Positions 8,588 to 18,491 of a stretch of 38,502 nt of DNA are shown here, in pieces. This DNA comes from a virus. The notes below the pieces were generated by a model that saw only the letters and a program-made list of their open reading frames with translations, ran no database searches and was not told the origin of the DNA. Positions within the stretch are counted from its first letter, which is position 1. Each line of letters opens with the position of its first letter. The position numbers were made by a program, and so were the translations under genes. The stretch spans positions 1 through 38,502 of IMG/VR virus record IMGVR_UViG_3300045988_053169. The stretch is one strand, 5' to 3'.

Positions 8588-11125
8588 TTGGACGTTTTCA
8601 ATCTTTGCGCGAAGATTTCGCTTGACTCCAACGAGTACGAGCAGGGACTGGAAAAGTCGAAGAAGGGCCTTTCGTCCTTTATGGACGTTTTTTCCGGCAC
8701 GGTGCTTGGAAACGTCGTCAGTGACGGCTTGCGCAATGTCGCGAGCGGGCTTGTGGACATCGGCAAAAAGGCCACCAGCACGGCGCTTGCAATCGGAAAA
8801 GCATCGCTTGATAGCTATGGAGATTATGAGCAGCTTGTGGGCGGCGTGGAAACGCTGTACTCCGAAACGCAGCTGTCGCTGGAGGACTTTGCGAAGGCCG
8901 CCGGGAAAACCACCGACGAAGTGCTTATGGAGTGGAGCGACCTGACCGCCGGGTCGCGCAAGGTGTGGAACGACGCGGCGGATGCTTATAAAACCGTCGG
9001 AATGTCCATGAATGAATACATGGATACAGCCACATCCTTCGCGGCGGCTCTGGTGTCCAGCTTGGGCGGAGACACAAAAAAGGCCGCTGATATGGCAAAT
9101 ATCGCTATCACCGATATGGCCGATAATGCAAACAAAATGGGCACCAATATGCAGTCCATACAGGACGCATATAACGGTTTTGCGAAGCAAAACTATGCCA
9201 TGTTGGACAACCTTAAGCTAGGCTTCGGAGGCACAAAAACCGAAATGGAGCGCCTTGTGAAAGAGGCATCCACGCTGACGGATGTGCAAAAAAAGCTTGG
9301 CGTAACGGTGGACGGCACCAGCCTGTCCTACTCAAACATCGTTGCTGCGATCCACGTGGTGCAGTCCAACATGGGAATTTTAGGCACCACGAGCGAAGAG
9401 GCCGCAACAACAATTCAGGGCAGCACAGCATCTGTTCGGGCGGCGTGGGAAAACATGCTTGTTTCAATCGCTGCCGCTGATCCTGAGCAAGATGTCGGCG
9501 TGGCCGTTGACAACCTCGTGGAGAGCGTTATTGCGGCCAAGGATAACATTGTGCCGCGAATTCAGGAGATTGTTCCGACGCTGGTTGAGGGCATTTCCGG
9601 GCTTGTGACGCAGCTTGCTCCGTATGTAAGTGATGCAATTAAAGAGCTGGAGCCTACAATCGAGGACGGCCTGCACGCCCTTTTTGATGGACTTGGCACT
9701 GTCGCAACGTCCTTGCAGCCCATCGTGGCGGACACCTTCGATTTTTTGGGCGATGCGATTAAGGACGCGATTGTAAACGCCATTCAGGATTCAGATTTTT
9801 CTTTCCTGCTGGACGCTTTCGACGGCATTAAAAAGGCGGCAGAGGACATTGTGCCGGTTGTCACCGACCTTGCGCCACTTATTGCTACAGTGGGAGCGGC
9901 TACGACCGGCTGGGAAATCGGCAAAGACCTGCAAAATTTGGTCACCGGGTTTGATAATGCAAAGCGTGCGGTATCGTTTTTTGCAAGCGGTGCAACTGAT
10001 GCAGAGGTGGCACAAGCCGCGCTGAATGGCACCCTGCAGGCCTCCCAAGTCGTGGCAGGCCTGCTGACCGGTAAAATCACGCTCATGCAGCTGGCACAGA
10101 CGGCGGCCACAAAAGCACAAACTGCTTTTAATGCGGCAATGTCTGCAAATCCCATTGCGTTGATTGTGGTGGGCATTGCGGCGGTTGTTGCGGGTCTTGC
10201 AGTCCTGTATGCAAAAAACGAAAAATTCCGCGATTTTGTGAACAATATGGTTTCACAAATCTGGGAAAAGGTGCAGGGCGTTGTGGACGCGGTGCAGCCG
10301 TACTTGCAGGCCGCGATGGAATTTATCAAAAACGCAATTTCGGACGTTGTGGAGAACGCAAAACCGGCAGTTGAAGCAATCGGAAACGCATTTGAAAGCG
10401 CATGGAGCCTGATTCAGACGATTTGGAGCGGCGTTGAGCCGTTCTTCACCGGGCTGTTTAACGTGATTGGTGTTCTGGTGCGAACCGTTGTCGGCGTAAT
10501 TGGGGCACAGTTCCAGTTTGCATGGACTTTTGTTTCTGCAATTTGGAGCGTTGCAACGTCTTTCTTTGCGACAATCTGGAATACCATCGCGGGAATTTTC
10601 GCCGTTGTTCAGGCCGTCTTGTCTGGTGATTTCCAGGGCGCTTGGGATGCAATCATGGGCATTTTCGCCACATGGAAAGACTTCTTCATGGGTTTGTGGC
10701 AAGATGTTTGTGACGTATTCTCGGGGGTTTTTGATTTCTTCACATCGGTTGGCGGCGACATCGTGCAGGGCATTAAAGACGGCATTTCCGCTGCTTGGGA
10801 TGGCCTGAAAAAGTTCGTCAGCGGTCTGTGGGATGGTCTGAAAAACATTTTCACCATCAAAAAGAGCGACATTAAAGTTGAGGGCGGCGCAGATGGCAGC
10901 CACGCAGGCGGCTTGGATTATGTGCCTTATAACAACTATGTGGCGAACCTGCACCGGGGCGAGATGGTGCTTACGGCGAAAGAGGCCGAAAACTACCGGC
11001 GCGGTGCTTTCGGTGGAGGTGGCTTTACCGTGCAGCAGACGATTTATGCGGCAAAGCAAAGCCCCGTTGAGCTGGCGGCTTCCACTGCTGCCGCTTTTCA
11101 GAGGGCGAGGTGGGCGCTGGCATGA
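8588..11125 (+). CDS. Tape measure protein
   Basis: About 845 aa. TTG start at 8588 behind AGGGG, with an alternative ATG at 8564. Contains a hydrophobic segment and periodic W/F repeats (AWSLIQTIW..., AAWDGLKKFVSGLWDGL). Confidence 0.9.
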   Translation: MDVFNLCAKISLDSNEYEQGLEKSKKGLSSFMDVFSGTVLGNVVSDGLRNVASGLVDIGKKATSTALAIGKASLDSYGDYEQLVGGVETLYSETQLSLEDFAKAAGKTTDEVLMEWSDLTAGSRKVWNDAADAYKTVGMSMNEYMDTATSFAAALVSSLGGDTKKAADMANIAITDMADNANKMGTNMQSIQDAYNGFAKQNYAMLDNLKLGFGGTKTEMERLVKEASTLTDVQKKLGVTVDGTSLSYSNIVAAIHVVQSNMGILGTTSEEAATTIQGSTASVRAAWENMLVSIAAADPEQDVGVAVDNLVESVIAAKDNIVPRIQEIVPTLVEGISGLVTQLAPYVSDAIKELEPTIEDGLHALFDGLGTVATSLQPIVADTFDFLGDAIKDAIVNAIQDSDFSFLLDAFDGIKKAAEDIVPVVTDLAPLIATVGAATTGWEIGKDLQNLVTGFDNAKRAVSFFASGATDAEVAQAALNGTLQASQVVAGLLTGKITLMQLAQTAATKAQTAFNAAMSANPIALIVVGIAAVVAGLAVLYAKNEKFRDFVNNMVSQIWEKVQGVVDAVQPYLQAAMEFIKNAISDVVENAKPAVEAIGNAFESAWSLIQTIWSGVEPFFTGLFNVIGVLVRTVVGVIGAQFQFAWTFVSAIWSVATSFFATIWNTIAGIFAVVQAVLSGDFQGAWDAIMGIFATWKDFFMGLWQDVCDVFSGVFDFFTSVGGDIVQGIKDGISAAWDGLKKFVSGLWDGLKNIFTIKKSDIKVEGGADGSHAGGLDYVPYNNYVANLHRGEMVLTAKEAENYRRGAFGGGGFTVQQTIYAAKQSPVELAASTAAAFQRARWALA

Positions 11126-11976
11126 GCTTTTTGAGCAAAACTTTTCGATACGTCAACGAGTTGGGGCAGGAGATTGTCTTTGACTATGAGCACGGCTATT
11201 TAATCAGCCTGCCGTCTGGCGTGGACACCTTGTCTGTCAACGTCAACACGGCGCAGGGCATCGGGCAAGTCGGTGCAACGGTGCAAAGCAAAAGCATTCA
11301 GCCGCGCCCTATCACGATCAACGGCAAGGTGGTGGGCGACAACGCGCAGGAGCTTAAAGACGCGCTTATGACGGTGATTCGCCCGGATTTGTCCGGTACG
11401 CTTTACGCTGGGGATTGGCATATCGCGGTGGCCGTTACGGCTTCTCCCGCGATTGGGGCAGCCCCTTTTGGCGCACCGTTTCAGATCGGCCTTACCGCCC
11501 CCTATCCGTACTGGGGCAGCGCCGAAAGCAAGAGCAGCCAGCTGCGCGGCATTGCAAAGAAGTTCCGCTTCCCGTGGAATATGAGCAAAAAATACCAATT
11601 CGGCGCGATTATGGTTCTGCAATACATCGTGCTGCAAAACTTTGGCCAGTTTGATGTGCCTTACACGCTGACGATCACCTGCCTGGGTGAGACTGCTAAA
11701 AATGTGGGCGTTGAGAACATGGAAACGGGCGAATTTTTGCGGCTTGAGAAAACGCTGGTAAAAGACGAGCGTGTGACAATCGAGGTAACGCATGACCGCA
11801 CATATGTGACTTCCAGCGTGGACGGTGACTGCCGGGGCGCTCTGACACTTGAGAGCGACCTTTTCCGCATTCACACCGGTGGCAACGCCTGGAAGCCTAC
11901 AGCCGACAAAGGGCTTGCAAACGTCGAAATGGCGGTGGAATTTGCCGAAGAAAGCGCGGGTGTAACGGTGGTATGA
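11122..11976 (+). CDS. Distal tail protein (Dit)
   Basis: ATGA overlap with the tape measure stop. 284 aa. Position is canonical. Confidence 0.7.
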   Translation: MSFLSKTFRYVNELGQEIVFDYEHGYLISLPSGVDTLSVNVNTAQGIGQVGATVQSKSIQPRPITINGKVVGDNAQELKDALMTVIRPDLSGTLYAGDWHIAVAVTASPAIGAAPFGAPFQIGLTAPYPYWGSAESKSSQLRGIAKKFRFPWNMSKKYQFGAIMVLQYIVLQNFGQFDVPYTLTITCLGETAKNVGVENMETGEFLRLEKTLVKDERVTIEVTHDRTYVTSSVDGDCRGALTLESDLFRIHTGGNAWKPTADKGLANVEMAVEFAEESAGVTVV

Positions 11977-12983
11977 GAATTGAACTCTTTGAGCCGGATT
12001 TGAGCAACCGGCACGAAATCACCCACGCAATCAGCGTCCAATTTAGCGTCAAATATAACGATGTGGGAAAATTTACCATCGTGCTGCCGATGGACGCTTA
12101 CAATATCTCAATTGCAAAAAATGACGCTATTGTGTATCTTGTAGAGCGAAAACTGGCATTTGAAGTGGCCGAAGTGCAGTTTGATGACGAAAATAATCAA
12201 ATCACACTCAACGGCTTTACGCTCAACAACCGGCTGAACCGGCGTGTGGCTGCAACGGCGTGCAATGTGTCAAATGTTGAAAAAGACATCTACGCGGCTG
12301 TAAAGGCAAATCTGCGAGGGTTGCCCATCCTGACCGCTGCTGAAAAAGGGCTGCCGGAGACCACCGAAGCAACGACGGTTTACGGCGAAGAGCTGCTTTC
12401 GGCTGTGCAAAAAATCCTATCCGACGCGGATTTAGGCCAGCGGGCGTTTTTTGACTACAAGTCAAAAACCATCACATGGGAAATCTACAAGGGTGTTGAC
12501 CGCACCAGCGGGCTGAAAGCGGTCTCTTTTGTCGCAGAGCGTGGCACGGCTGCACAGCTGGTGATAGATCAGGATGTGAGCAGCTACAAAAACGTTTGCT
12601 ACTGTACGGCGCAATATGCGGATGGGAGCAAGTGCATTGCAACAGCCGGGCAGGAAACCGGCGAAAACCGGCGCGAGCTGTGGGCAGAATTCAGCGGCGA
12701 CCCGCAAGGCAAGACGGAGACCAATGGCGCCTTCGCCCGCCGGGTGCAGACATATGCCGCTTTGCAGCTGGGCAGCCATCGCAACCGGCAGAGCTTTAAC
12801 CTGAGCGCAGATGCGAGCGAGCTTGGCGTGGCGTATGATATCGGCGATTTAGTGTGGTGCGCTTCACAACGGCACAACGTCAAATTTAAGGCGAGAATCA
12901 CCGGAATGACCTATGCGCAAGACCAGCGGAGCACGTCGATTGGGCTTACAATTGGAGATCCGATTCTTACGGTAATGGGGTGA
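11973..12983 (+). CDS. Tail / baseplate protein (ReqiPepy6 Gp37-like minor structural protein)
   Basis: 336 aa, coupled start, N-terminus MRIELFEPDL...KFTIVLP typical of this family (from memory). Confidence 0.55.
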   Translation: MRIELFEPDLSNRHEITHAISVQFSVKYNDVGKFTIVLPMDAYNISIAKNDAIVYLVERKLAFEVAEVQFDDENNQITLNGFTLNNRLNRRVAATACNVSNVEKDIYAAVKANLRGLPILTAAEKGLPETTEATTVYGEELLSAVQKILSDADLGQRAFFDYKSKTITWEIYKGVDRTSGLKAVSFVAERGTAAQLVIDQDVSSYKNVCYCTAQYADGSKCIATAGQETGENRRELWAEFSGDPQGKTETNGAFARRVQTYAALQLGSHRNRQSFNLSADASELGVAYDIGDLVWCASQRHNVKFKARITGMTYAQDQRSTSIGLTIGDPILTVMG

Positions 12984-12989
12984 TAAAAA

Positions 12990-14630
12990 TTGGCCGAAAT
13001 TAAGAATTTCCCGAATAATTCGGACGAGTATATCGGCGCGGAATACGTGATGAAATGGCTGCACGGGCGCACCAGCGGCGTTTTTGGCGCAGAAAACAAC
13101 CTCGCGGTGACGCTGGACAGCGGTATGACCGTGAAAGTGTCCGACGGCGTGGGCTGGCTGTCCAACAGCGAGGGTGACGGCTCCGTATTTTGGAATGACA
13201 CCAAGAACACCACCGGCGTAGAGCTGAAGCTCACGGCTGCAATTGCGAACGCCGTGAACCCACGCATTGACCGTGTAGTGGTGACGTGGGACACCGTGGA
13301 CTATGCAGCAAAGCCGCGCATTGAGCTGCTGAAAGGCACTCCGGCAGCGTCTCCGGCGGCGCCTACACTTACAAACAACACGCTCAAGCGCCAGATTTCG
13401 CTTGCGCAGATTTACGTCGCCGCTGCTGCAAGCAAGCTCACCAGCGCAAACATCACGGACGAACGGCTTGACAAGTCCGTGTGCGGCATCGTGACTGACT
13501 GGGTGACAGTGGACACCACCACCATGAACCAGCAGTTCAAGGAATATTTGGCGGCAATCCGCAAAGAATTGAGCGATTTGAACGCCGGTACGGCTACAAT
13601 GCTGAAAGCCACATACGACCCGAAGGGCCGTGCGCAAGACATCTTTGCCTATTCCGACTCTCAGGGCGTGCACGTCTACACCCACCAGAAGGTGGGCACG
13701 GTTCACCGGCTGACCGGCAGCGGCGCAAGTGGCCGCGTTAAACTGACCGCCAACGTGGCGGCGGGCGATACAGTGCAGGTGAACGGCAAAACCGTGCCCG
13801 CCTATGTGGGCACAGAGGCCTTTGCCGATGCACTGGCAGGCGAGGCCCTGAGCGGCCGCTGGCTGAGCTTTGTGTGGGACGGTACACAGGTAAATTTTAA
13901 TGGCGGCGGGGGCTTATCCCTCACAAAACTCGCCCTCGCCACTACCGAAACCGGAGACGTAATTTCTGGGAAAAAGTTTTATAGCGGCGATAAATCGCTT
14001 AAAACTGGGGAGATTTTGCCGCGCAACACTGTCGGGCAAAACGGGGCTGTGGGCGCATCCGCCTCCTTCCCAAGCGTCGCGGTTACGCCAGTAGAACGGG
14101 ATACGCAGGCCTACTTAAACACGGACGGAGTGTCCCGCGTTTTTCTAAAGCCGCCGAAAGGCTACTACAACGGCGAAAGCTATGTGGGCGACAGCTACGC
14201 CAGCGTTGCCAGCGCCATTGGCCTGACGGCGGGAAAGCTGGGCGCGGGCGAAACGGTGCTAGACGTTGCCGGGACTTCCCACGCCATGGCGATGTTTGCG
14301 ACCGTGGGGGACAATCGCTGGAGCGGCGGCAGCCCCAACCGGCTCAAGCTGGCCTACACGGTGGGCGGCACCTCCGGCTTCGGCGGCTGGGGATGCTGGC
14401 TTCCAGCCGGTACATATCGGGCGTGCGGAGCTATCGACGGGTTGAAAGGATGCTATATCGCGGACGCTGGCAATCTGGCCACGCGGATTTATAGCGCGGA
14501 ACGAGAATACGCCAGTAGCGTTTGGGGCGGACAAGGCACGTTTACGCTTAATGGCAGCCAGTGGGTGTCCGTTACCAGCGGAAGCACGAGCTACTCAGAG
14601 GATGCAGGCGTTTGCATTTACCGCGTTTGA
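12990..14630 (+). CDS. Tail fibre / receptor-binding candidate
   Basis: TTG start behind GGGGTGA. 546 aa. N-terminus NFPNNSDEYIGAEYVMKWLHG is common in siphovirus tail structural proteins. Confidence 0.6.
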   Translation: MAEIKNFPNNSDEYIGAEYVMKWLHGRTSGVFGAENNLAVTLDSGMTVKVSDGVGWLSNSEGDGSVFWNDTKNTTGVELKLTAAIANAVNPRIDRVVVTWDTVDYAAKPRIELLKGTPAASPAAPTLTNNTLKRQISLAQIYVAAAASKLTSANITDERLDKSVCGIVTDWVTVDTTTMNQQFKEYLAAIRKELSDLNAGTATMLKATYDPKGRAQDIFAYSDSQGVHVYTHQKVGTVHRLTGSGASGRVKLTANVAAGDTVQVNGKTVPAYVGTEAFADALAGEALSGRWLSFVWDGTQVNFNGGGGLSLTKLALATTETGDVISGKKFYSGDKSLKTGEILPRNTVGQNGAVGASASFPSVAVTPVERDTQAYLNTDGVSRVFLKPPKGYYNGESYVGDSYASVASAIGLTAGKLGAGETVLDVAGTSHAMAMFATVGDNRWSGGSPNRLKLAYTVGGTSGFGGWGCWLPAGTYRACGAIDGLKGCYIADAGNLATRIYSAEREYASSVWGGQGTFTLNGSQWVSVTSGSTSYSEDAGVCIYRV

Positions 14631-14647
14631 GAGGGGGGCGAAAACAC

Positions 14648-16468
14648 ATGATTGAGTTACCTGTAACCCTTACATCAACCGGCGGCGCAGTGAGCTTTGC
14701 GTCCCCGGTGCCGTTGGGCTACACCAAAAACAAGGGCGTGTACCGTCTGCTCGTCACTGCCGAAGGCGAGTGGCAGGGCCTGACAATCCGGTGCTTTTGG
14801 CACCTGCCCGGCGGCACTGACCCCGCAAGCAGTCTCGTGCAAGACGGATTTGTGGACGTGCCCGCGAGCGTGACGGCACAGCCCGGCACCGGATGCATCA
14901 CCTTTGAGGGCAGTGACGGCGAAAAGACCGTGACAAGCGCTGACTTGCGGTACAAAGTGGGCAGCAACAGCGGCACGGAGGACGGCACCATGCCTGAGCC
15001 TGGCACTCCTGCGTGGGAGCAGCTGGTGAGCGAGACAAAGGCCAATGCTGACGCGGCAGAGCGGGCAAAAAATGATGCGCAAGCGGCCGCCGAGGGCGTG
15101 AAAACCGCCGCTGCCAAAGCGGACGAAGCCGCACAGAAAGCAGAGGGAGCTGCGCAGAGAGCAGAGGCCGCGCAGAAAGCAACAGAACAGGCCGAAGCCG
15201 CTGCGGCTGAATCCATTGCCGGGGCGAAAGCGGATGCTCTGAGCGCCATCGGCACCAGCAAGCAGAGCGCTTTGGACGAGGTGCAGCAGGCGCAGGAAAC
15301 TGCAACGGGCGCGGTGCAATCCGCGCAAGCTGCCGCTGAATCTGCCGTTGATGCGGCGAAAAACAGCGCCGTGCAAGCGGTGGAGGCGGCCGCACAACCC
15401 GCACTGGACGCGGCGGCGGAATCGGCTGCAAATGCAGAAAAAGCGGCGGCCAGCGAAAAAGCGGCAGCCGACAGCTTGCAAGAGCTGAAAGACGGAATCG
15501 CGTCCGGGAACTTTAAGGGCGAAAAGGGTGATAAAGGCGACACCGGCCCCGTTGGCCCGCAAGGCCCACAGGGAGAGACAGGACCTCGAGGTGAGCAGGG
15601 TCCGGCAGGCGCAGACGGCAAAGACGCGCCGCAAATCGACGATGCCGCAATTTCCACCACATCCCCGTGGAGCAGCAAGCAAATCGTGGACACCCTGTGC
15701 CCGCCGCTGGAAGAAAGCGGCAACCCTGTTGTGTGTTATCCCGTGGCGGGGTATCCGCTTGGCGTGAAAGCGAAGTGGGAACCCGTGCAGGAGGGAAGCG
15801 GAACACCCAGCCTCGAAAACATTCGTCCCATCAAGGGCAGGGACAGCGTGACGATTACCCGGCAGGAGGATAATCAAGTGATTACGCTGACCCTGCCCAC
15901 AACCATCTACGGCGGCGAGGTAGACGCGGTAGCGGGAGAGGGACAGGAGACGAGGAAGTTGGTGACGCTGGACGGGACAGAAACGTGGTACACGTGGGGA
16001 GTCAATGCCTACAATTCTGCTGTTACAGGGTTCTACACATACGGCATCAACGATTACGCCACAACAAATACAGCAGGTATATGTAGCCACTTATACAATG
16101 AAAAGGGTGATGTATGGGGCGGCAGAAATAGTGGCATTGGATTTTCTGCTACAGGCCAAAGTCGCTATTTTATATTTAGCGTGCTCACGGCGACACTGGC
16201 TGATGTCTCAGATAATTCAGCCGCGATTGCGTCGCTAAAGTCCTACCTCGCAGCCCAGTACGCTGCAGGAACGCCTGTGCAAGTCTGCTACAAGCTGGCT
16301 GAGCCGGTGCCTTTTACGGCAACTGGTGGTGGCGAAATCAAGGCGCTGCGCGGAACGAACACGCTTTTGACCGACGGCGACACGCTGACTGTGACAGGCA
16401 GAGAGGACTTAACCCACGCCATCAGCGAGTTGAGAGCGGCGCAAGCCACAGCCACAAAGGAGAAATAA
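14648..16468 (+). CDS. Tail fibre with an Ala-rich coiled coil and a collagen-like segment
   Basis: ATG at 14648. Long A/E/Q/K-rich helical region. Twelve G-X-Y triplets at 15518..15625 (GEKGDKGDTGPVGPQGPQGETGPRGEQGPAGADGKD). Confidence 0.7.
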   Translation: MIELPVTLTSTGGAVSFASPVPLGYTKNKGVYRLLVTAEGEWQGLTIRCFWHLPGGTDPASSLVQDGFVDVPASVTAQPGTGCITFEGSDGEKTVTSADLRYKVGSNSGTEDGTMPEPGTPAWEQLVSETKANADAAERAKNDAQAAAEGVKTAAAKADEAAQKAEGAAQRAEAAQKATEQAEAAAAESIAGAKADALSAIGTSKQSALDEVQQAQETATGAVQSAQAAAESAVDAAKNSAVQAVEAAAQPALDAAAESAANAEKAAASEKAAADSLQELKDGIASGNFKGEKGDKGDTGPVGPQGPQGETGPRGEQGPAGADGKDAPQIDDAAISTTSPWSSKQIVDTLCPPLEESGNPVVCYPVAGYPLGVKAKWEPVQEGSGTPSLENIRPIKGRDSVTITRQEDNQVITLTLPTTIYGGEVDAVAGEGQETRKLVTLDGTETWYTWGVNAYNSAVTGFYTYGINDYATTNTAGICSHLYNEKGDVWGGRNSGIGFSATGQSRYFIFSVLTATLADVSDNSAAIASLKSYLAAQYAAGTPVQVCYKLAEPVPFTATGGGEIKALRGTNTLLTDGDTLTVTGREDLTHAISELRAAQATATKEK

Positions 16469-16471
16469 AAA

Positions 16472-16639
16472 ATGACATATGAGCAAAAACAAGAGGCGAT
16501 TAAAGCGCTAGTGTACGGAGGCACGCCAGAGGCAGCAGCCGATGCAGCGGGCGTACCCGTCGCCTCTTTGGCCGAAATCACGCAGGCTGAAATCGACGAG
16601 GTGTGGGCTGACCTGAAAGAAATGGGGTGGCTGGATTGA
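16472..16639 (+). CDS. Hypothetical small protein, 55 aa (not in the ORF track)
   Basis: AAGGAG lies 9 nt upstream of the ATG. MTYEQKQEAIKALVYGGTPEAAADAAGVPVASLAEI... looks HTH-like. Confidence 0.5.
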   Translation: MTYEQKQEAIKALVYGGTPEAAADAAGVPVASLAEITQAEIDEVWADLKEMGWLD

Positions 16640-16641
16640 GC

Positions 16642-17613
16642 ATGATGGAGGGCGTTGACGTATCCAAGTATCAGGGCACCATTGACTGGAACAAGGTGAA
16701 AGCATCCGGCATGGGCTTTGCGATGGTGCGGCAGGGCTGGATTAACTCGGATGGCAGCATTACCGAAGACCCTTTTTACCGGCATAACATGGCCGGTGCA
16801 CATGCTGCGGGCCTGCATACGGGCGTATATCTGTACAGCTACTGCACGAGCGCAAGCGCCATGAAGGCGGCTGCAAACGCGTGTGTAGCCATGCTGGAAG
16901 GATTTGTGTGCGATATGCCCATCGCTCTGGACTTTGAGCACGCCACGCTGTACAAAAAGTTTTCGCGCACCGCGAACTCGAGCCTCTGCGCAGCCTTTTT
17001 GAGCCGTGTTGAGGAGCTGGGCCGCTACTGCATCCTGTACACCTACAAGTCTTTCGCGGCGGCGTATCTGGACATGAGCGCCCTGAGCCGCTATGACTTT
17101 TGGCTGGCCCACTACACCGCCCGCACCGACTACACCGGCCCCTACGGTATGTGGCAGTACACCAGCAGCGGAAGCGTGCCGGGCATTTCGGGGCGGGTTG
17201 ACTGTAACCACGCTTACAAGGACTATCCGGCGATTATTGCCGGTAAAAAAGAGGAGAGTGACAACGTGAGCGATCTGCTGAAAGTTGGCCCGGTATCGGG
17301 CGGCGACCGCAAGACCATGACGGCCTTGGCGGACAGTCTGGGCCTGCCCCACGAAGATGCGGGCGATTACCTCATCATCGGCCCCGCCAGCGCAGGCGAC
17401 CGGAAGGCGGTGGCCGCAAAGGCTGCCGCTCTGGCGGTGGGCTGCGTGGAGTATGTGCCCGATCCGACCCCTGAACCGGAGCCGGAACCCACGCCCGCCC
17501 CCACTCCGGCCCCGGACAGCGGCAAAGACGACACCGCCGAGCAGCTGGGCCGCATTGAAGCCAAGCTGGACAAGCTGCTGGGCCTGGTGAACCCCAGCCT
17601 GCTGGAGGGCTGA
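16642..17613 (+). CDS. Endolysin, GH25 muramidase with a C-terminal repeat/linker region
   Basis: GVDVSKYQGTIDWNKVKASG is a GH25 signature. Two GPxSxGDRK repeats are followed by a P/E/T-rich linker. Confidence 0.85.
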   Translation: MMEGVDVSKYQGTIDWNKVKASGMGFAMVRQGWINSDGSITEDPFYRHNMAGAHAAGLHTGVYLYSYCTSASAMKAAANACVAMLEGFVCDMPIALDFEHATLYKKFSRTANSSLCAAFLSRVEELGRYCILYTYKSFAAAYLDMSALSRYDFWLAHYTARTDYTGPYGMWQYTSSGSVPGISGRVDCNHAYKDYPAIIAGKKEESDNVSDLLKVGPVSGGDRKTMTALADSLGLPHEDAGDYLIIGPASAGDRKAVAAKAAALAVGCVEYVPDPTPEPEPEPTPAPTPAPDSGKDDTAEQLGRIEAKLDKLLGLVNPSLLEG

Positions 17614-17614
17614 C

Positions 17615-17836
17615 ATGGAGAGCATCATTGTGGCGCTGATCGGCGGCGGCGTGACCCTCATCGGGGTGCTCATCGCCAATGGCAAAACGCAGGCCGTCAC
17701 CGACACCAAGCTGGAGGAGCTGACCCGCGAGGTGCGGGAACATAACAACTTCGCCCGCCGCGTACCGGTGATGGAGGAGCAGATCAAGGTGATCAACCAC
17801 CGAATTGCGGACCTTGAAACCGCAGGAAAGGACTAA
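17615..17836 (+). CDS. Lysis-associated membrane protein (XhlA-like)
   Basis: 73 aa with one N-terminal TM segment plus a coiled coil. Lies between the endolysin and the holin. Confidence 0.5.
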   Translation: MESIIVALIGGGVTLIGVLIANGKTQAVTDTKLEELTREVREHNNFARRVPVMEEQIKVINHRIADLETAGKD

Positions 17837-17838
17837 CC

Positions 17839-18099
17839 ATGGACATTTCGTATCTGTCGGATTACATGATTCCGGTCATCGTGGGCCTGTGCCTGTGCGT
17901 GGGCTATGTGACCAAAAAGTGGGTGAAGGACGTGGACAACAAGTTCATTCCCACCCTGTGCGCCGCCCTGGGCGTTGCCCTGGCCTGCTGGGCCAGCTGG
18001 CCCGCCATCGACGCCGGCACCATCCTGGCCGGCATGGTCAGCGGCCTGGCCTCCACCGGCCTGCACCAGGCGTTCAAGCAGCTGGTGGGCGGGGAGTGA
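17839..18099 (+). CDS. Holin
   Basis: 86 aa with multiple TM segments. The KKWVKDVDNKFIP motif resembles phi-LC3-type holins. Confidence 0.7.
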   Translation: MDISYLSDYMIPVIVGLCLCVGYVTKKWVKDVDNKFIPTLCAALGVALACWASWPAIDAGTILAGMVSGLASTGLHQAFKQLVGGE

Positions 18100-18102
18100 G
18101 CT

Positions 18103-18300
18103 ATGGGCAGCAAATTCGATTTCTGCATGGGCCGGGGCGAGTATGACGACCTGTGCTTTTTGCTCACAGACGACGAGCACGCGGTGCTTGATATGCGTCG
18201 AAGAGGACGCAGAAACGCGGAAATTGCAGCCGAATTAAACGTTAGCGAGCGCACCGTGAAGCGCTATGCTCGAGCAATCCACGACAAAATGAACAGATAA
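18103..18300 (+). CDS. Small LuxR / sigma-70-region-4-type HTH regulator
   Basis: NAEIAAELNVSERTVKRYARAI is a helix-turn-helix motif. 65 aa. Confidence 0.6.
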   Translation: MGSKFDFCMGRGEYDDLCFLLTDDEHAVLDMRRRGRRNAEIAAELNVSERTVKRYARAIHDKMNR

Positions 18301-18304
18301 AAAA

Positions 18305-18344
18305 GAAGCCCGGCGGGAGTGTTTCCCGTCGGGCTTCTTTTTTT
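18305..18344. terminator. Bidirectional intrinsic terminator
   Basis: 14-bp stem gaagcccggcggga / tcccgtcgggcttc with one G-T pair. An A-run lies upstream and a T-run downstream. Confidence 0.75.
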
Positions 18345-18491
18345 GCTTCCGGCATAACCGATGCAAAAAATTGCGCATGTTACAAATACTGCAAGTGTTT
18401 CAATCCACAGCGGCCGGAATTGCTGGCCACCGCGCCACACAAGCGTCCATGTGTGGGGACAACTTCAGTATAGCCCACGTGGGGCGGCTTG

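Noticed and set aside
12990-16468. A diversity-generating retroelement targeting the tail fibres.
   Set aside because: There is no reverse transcriptase gene anywhere in the 38.4 kb. I found no template/variable repeat pair with A-specific mismatches.
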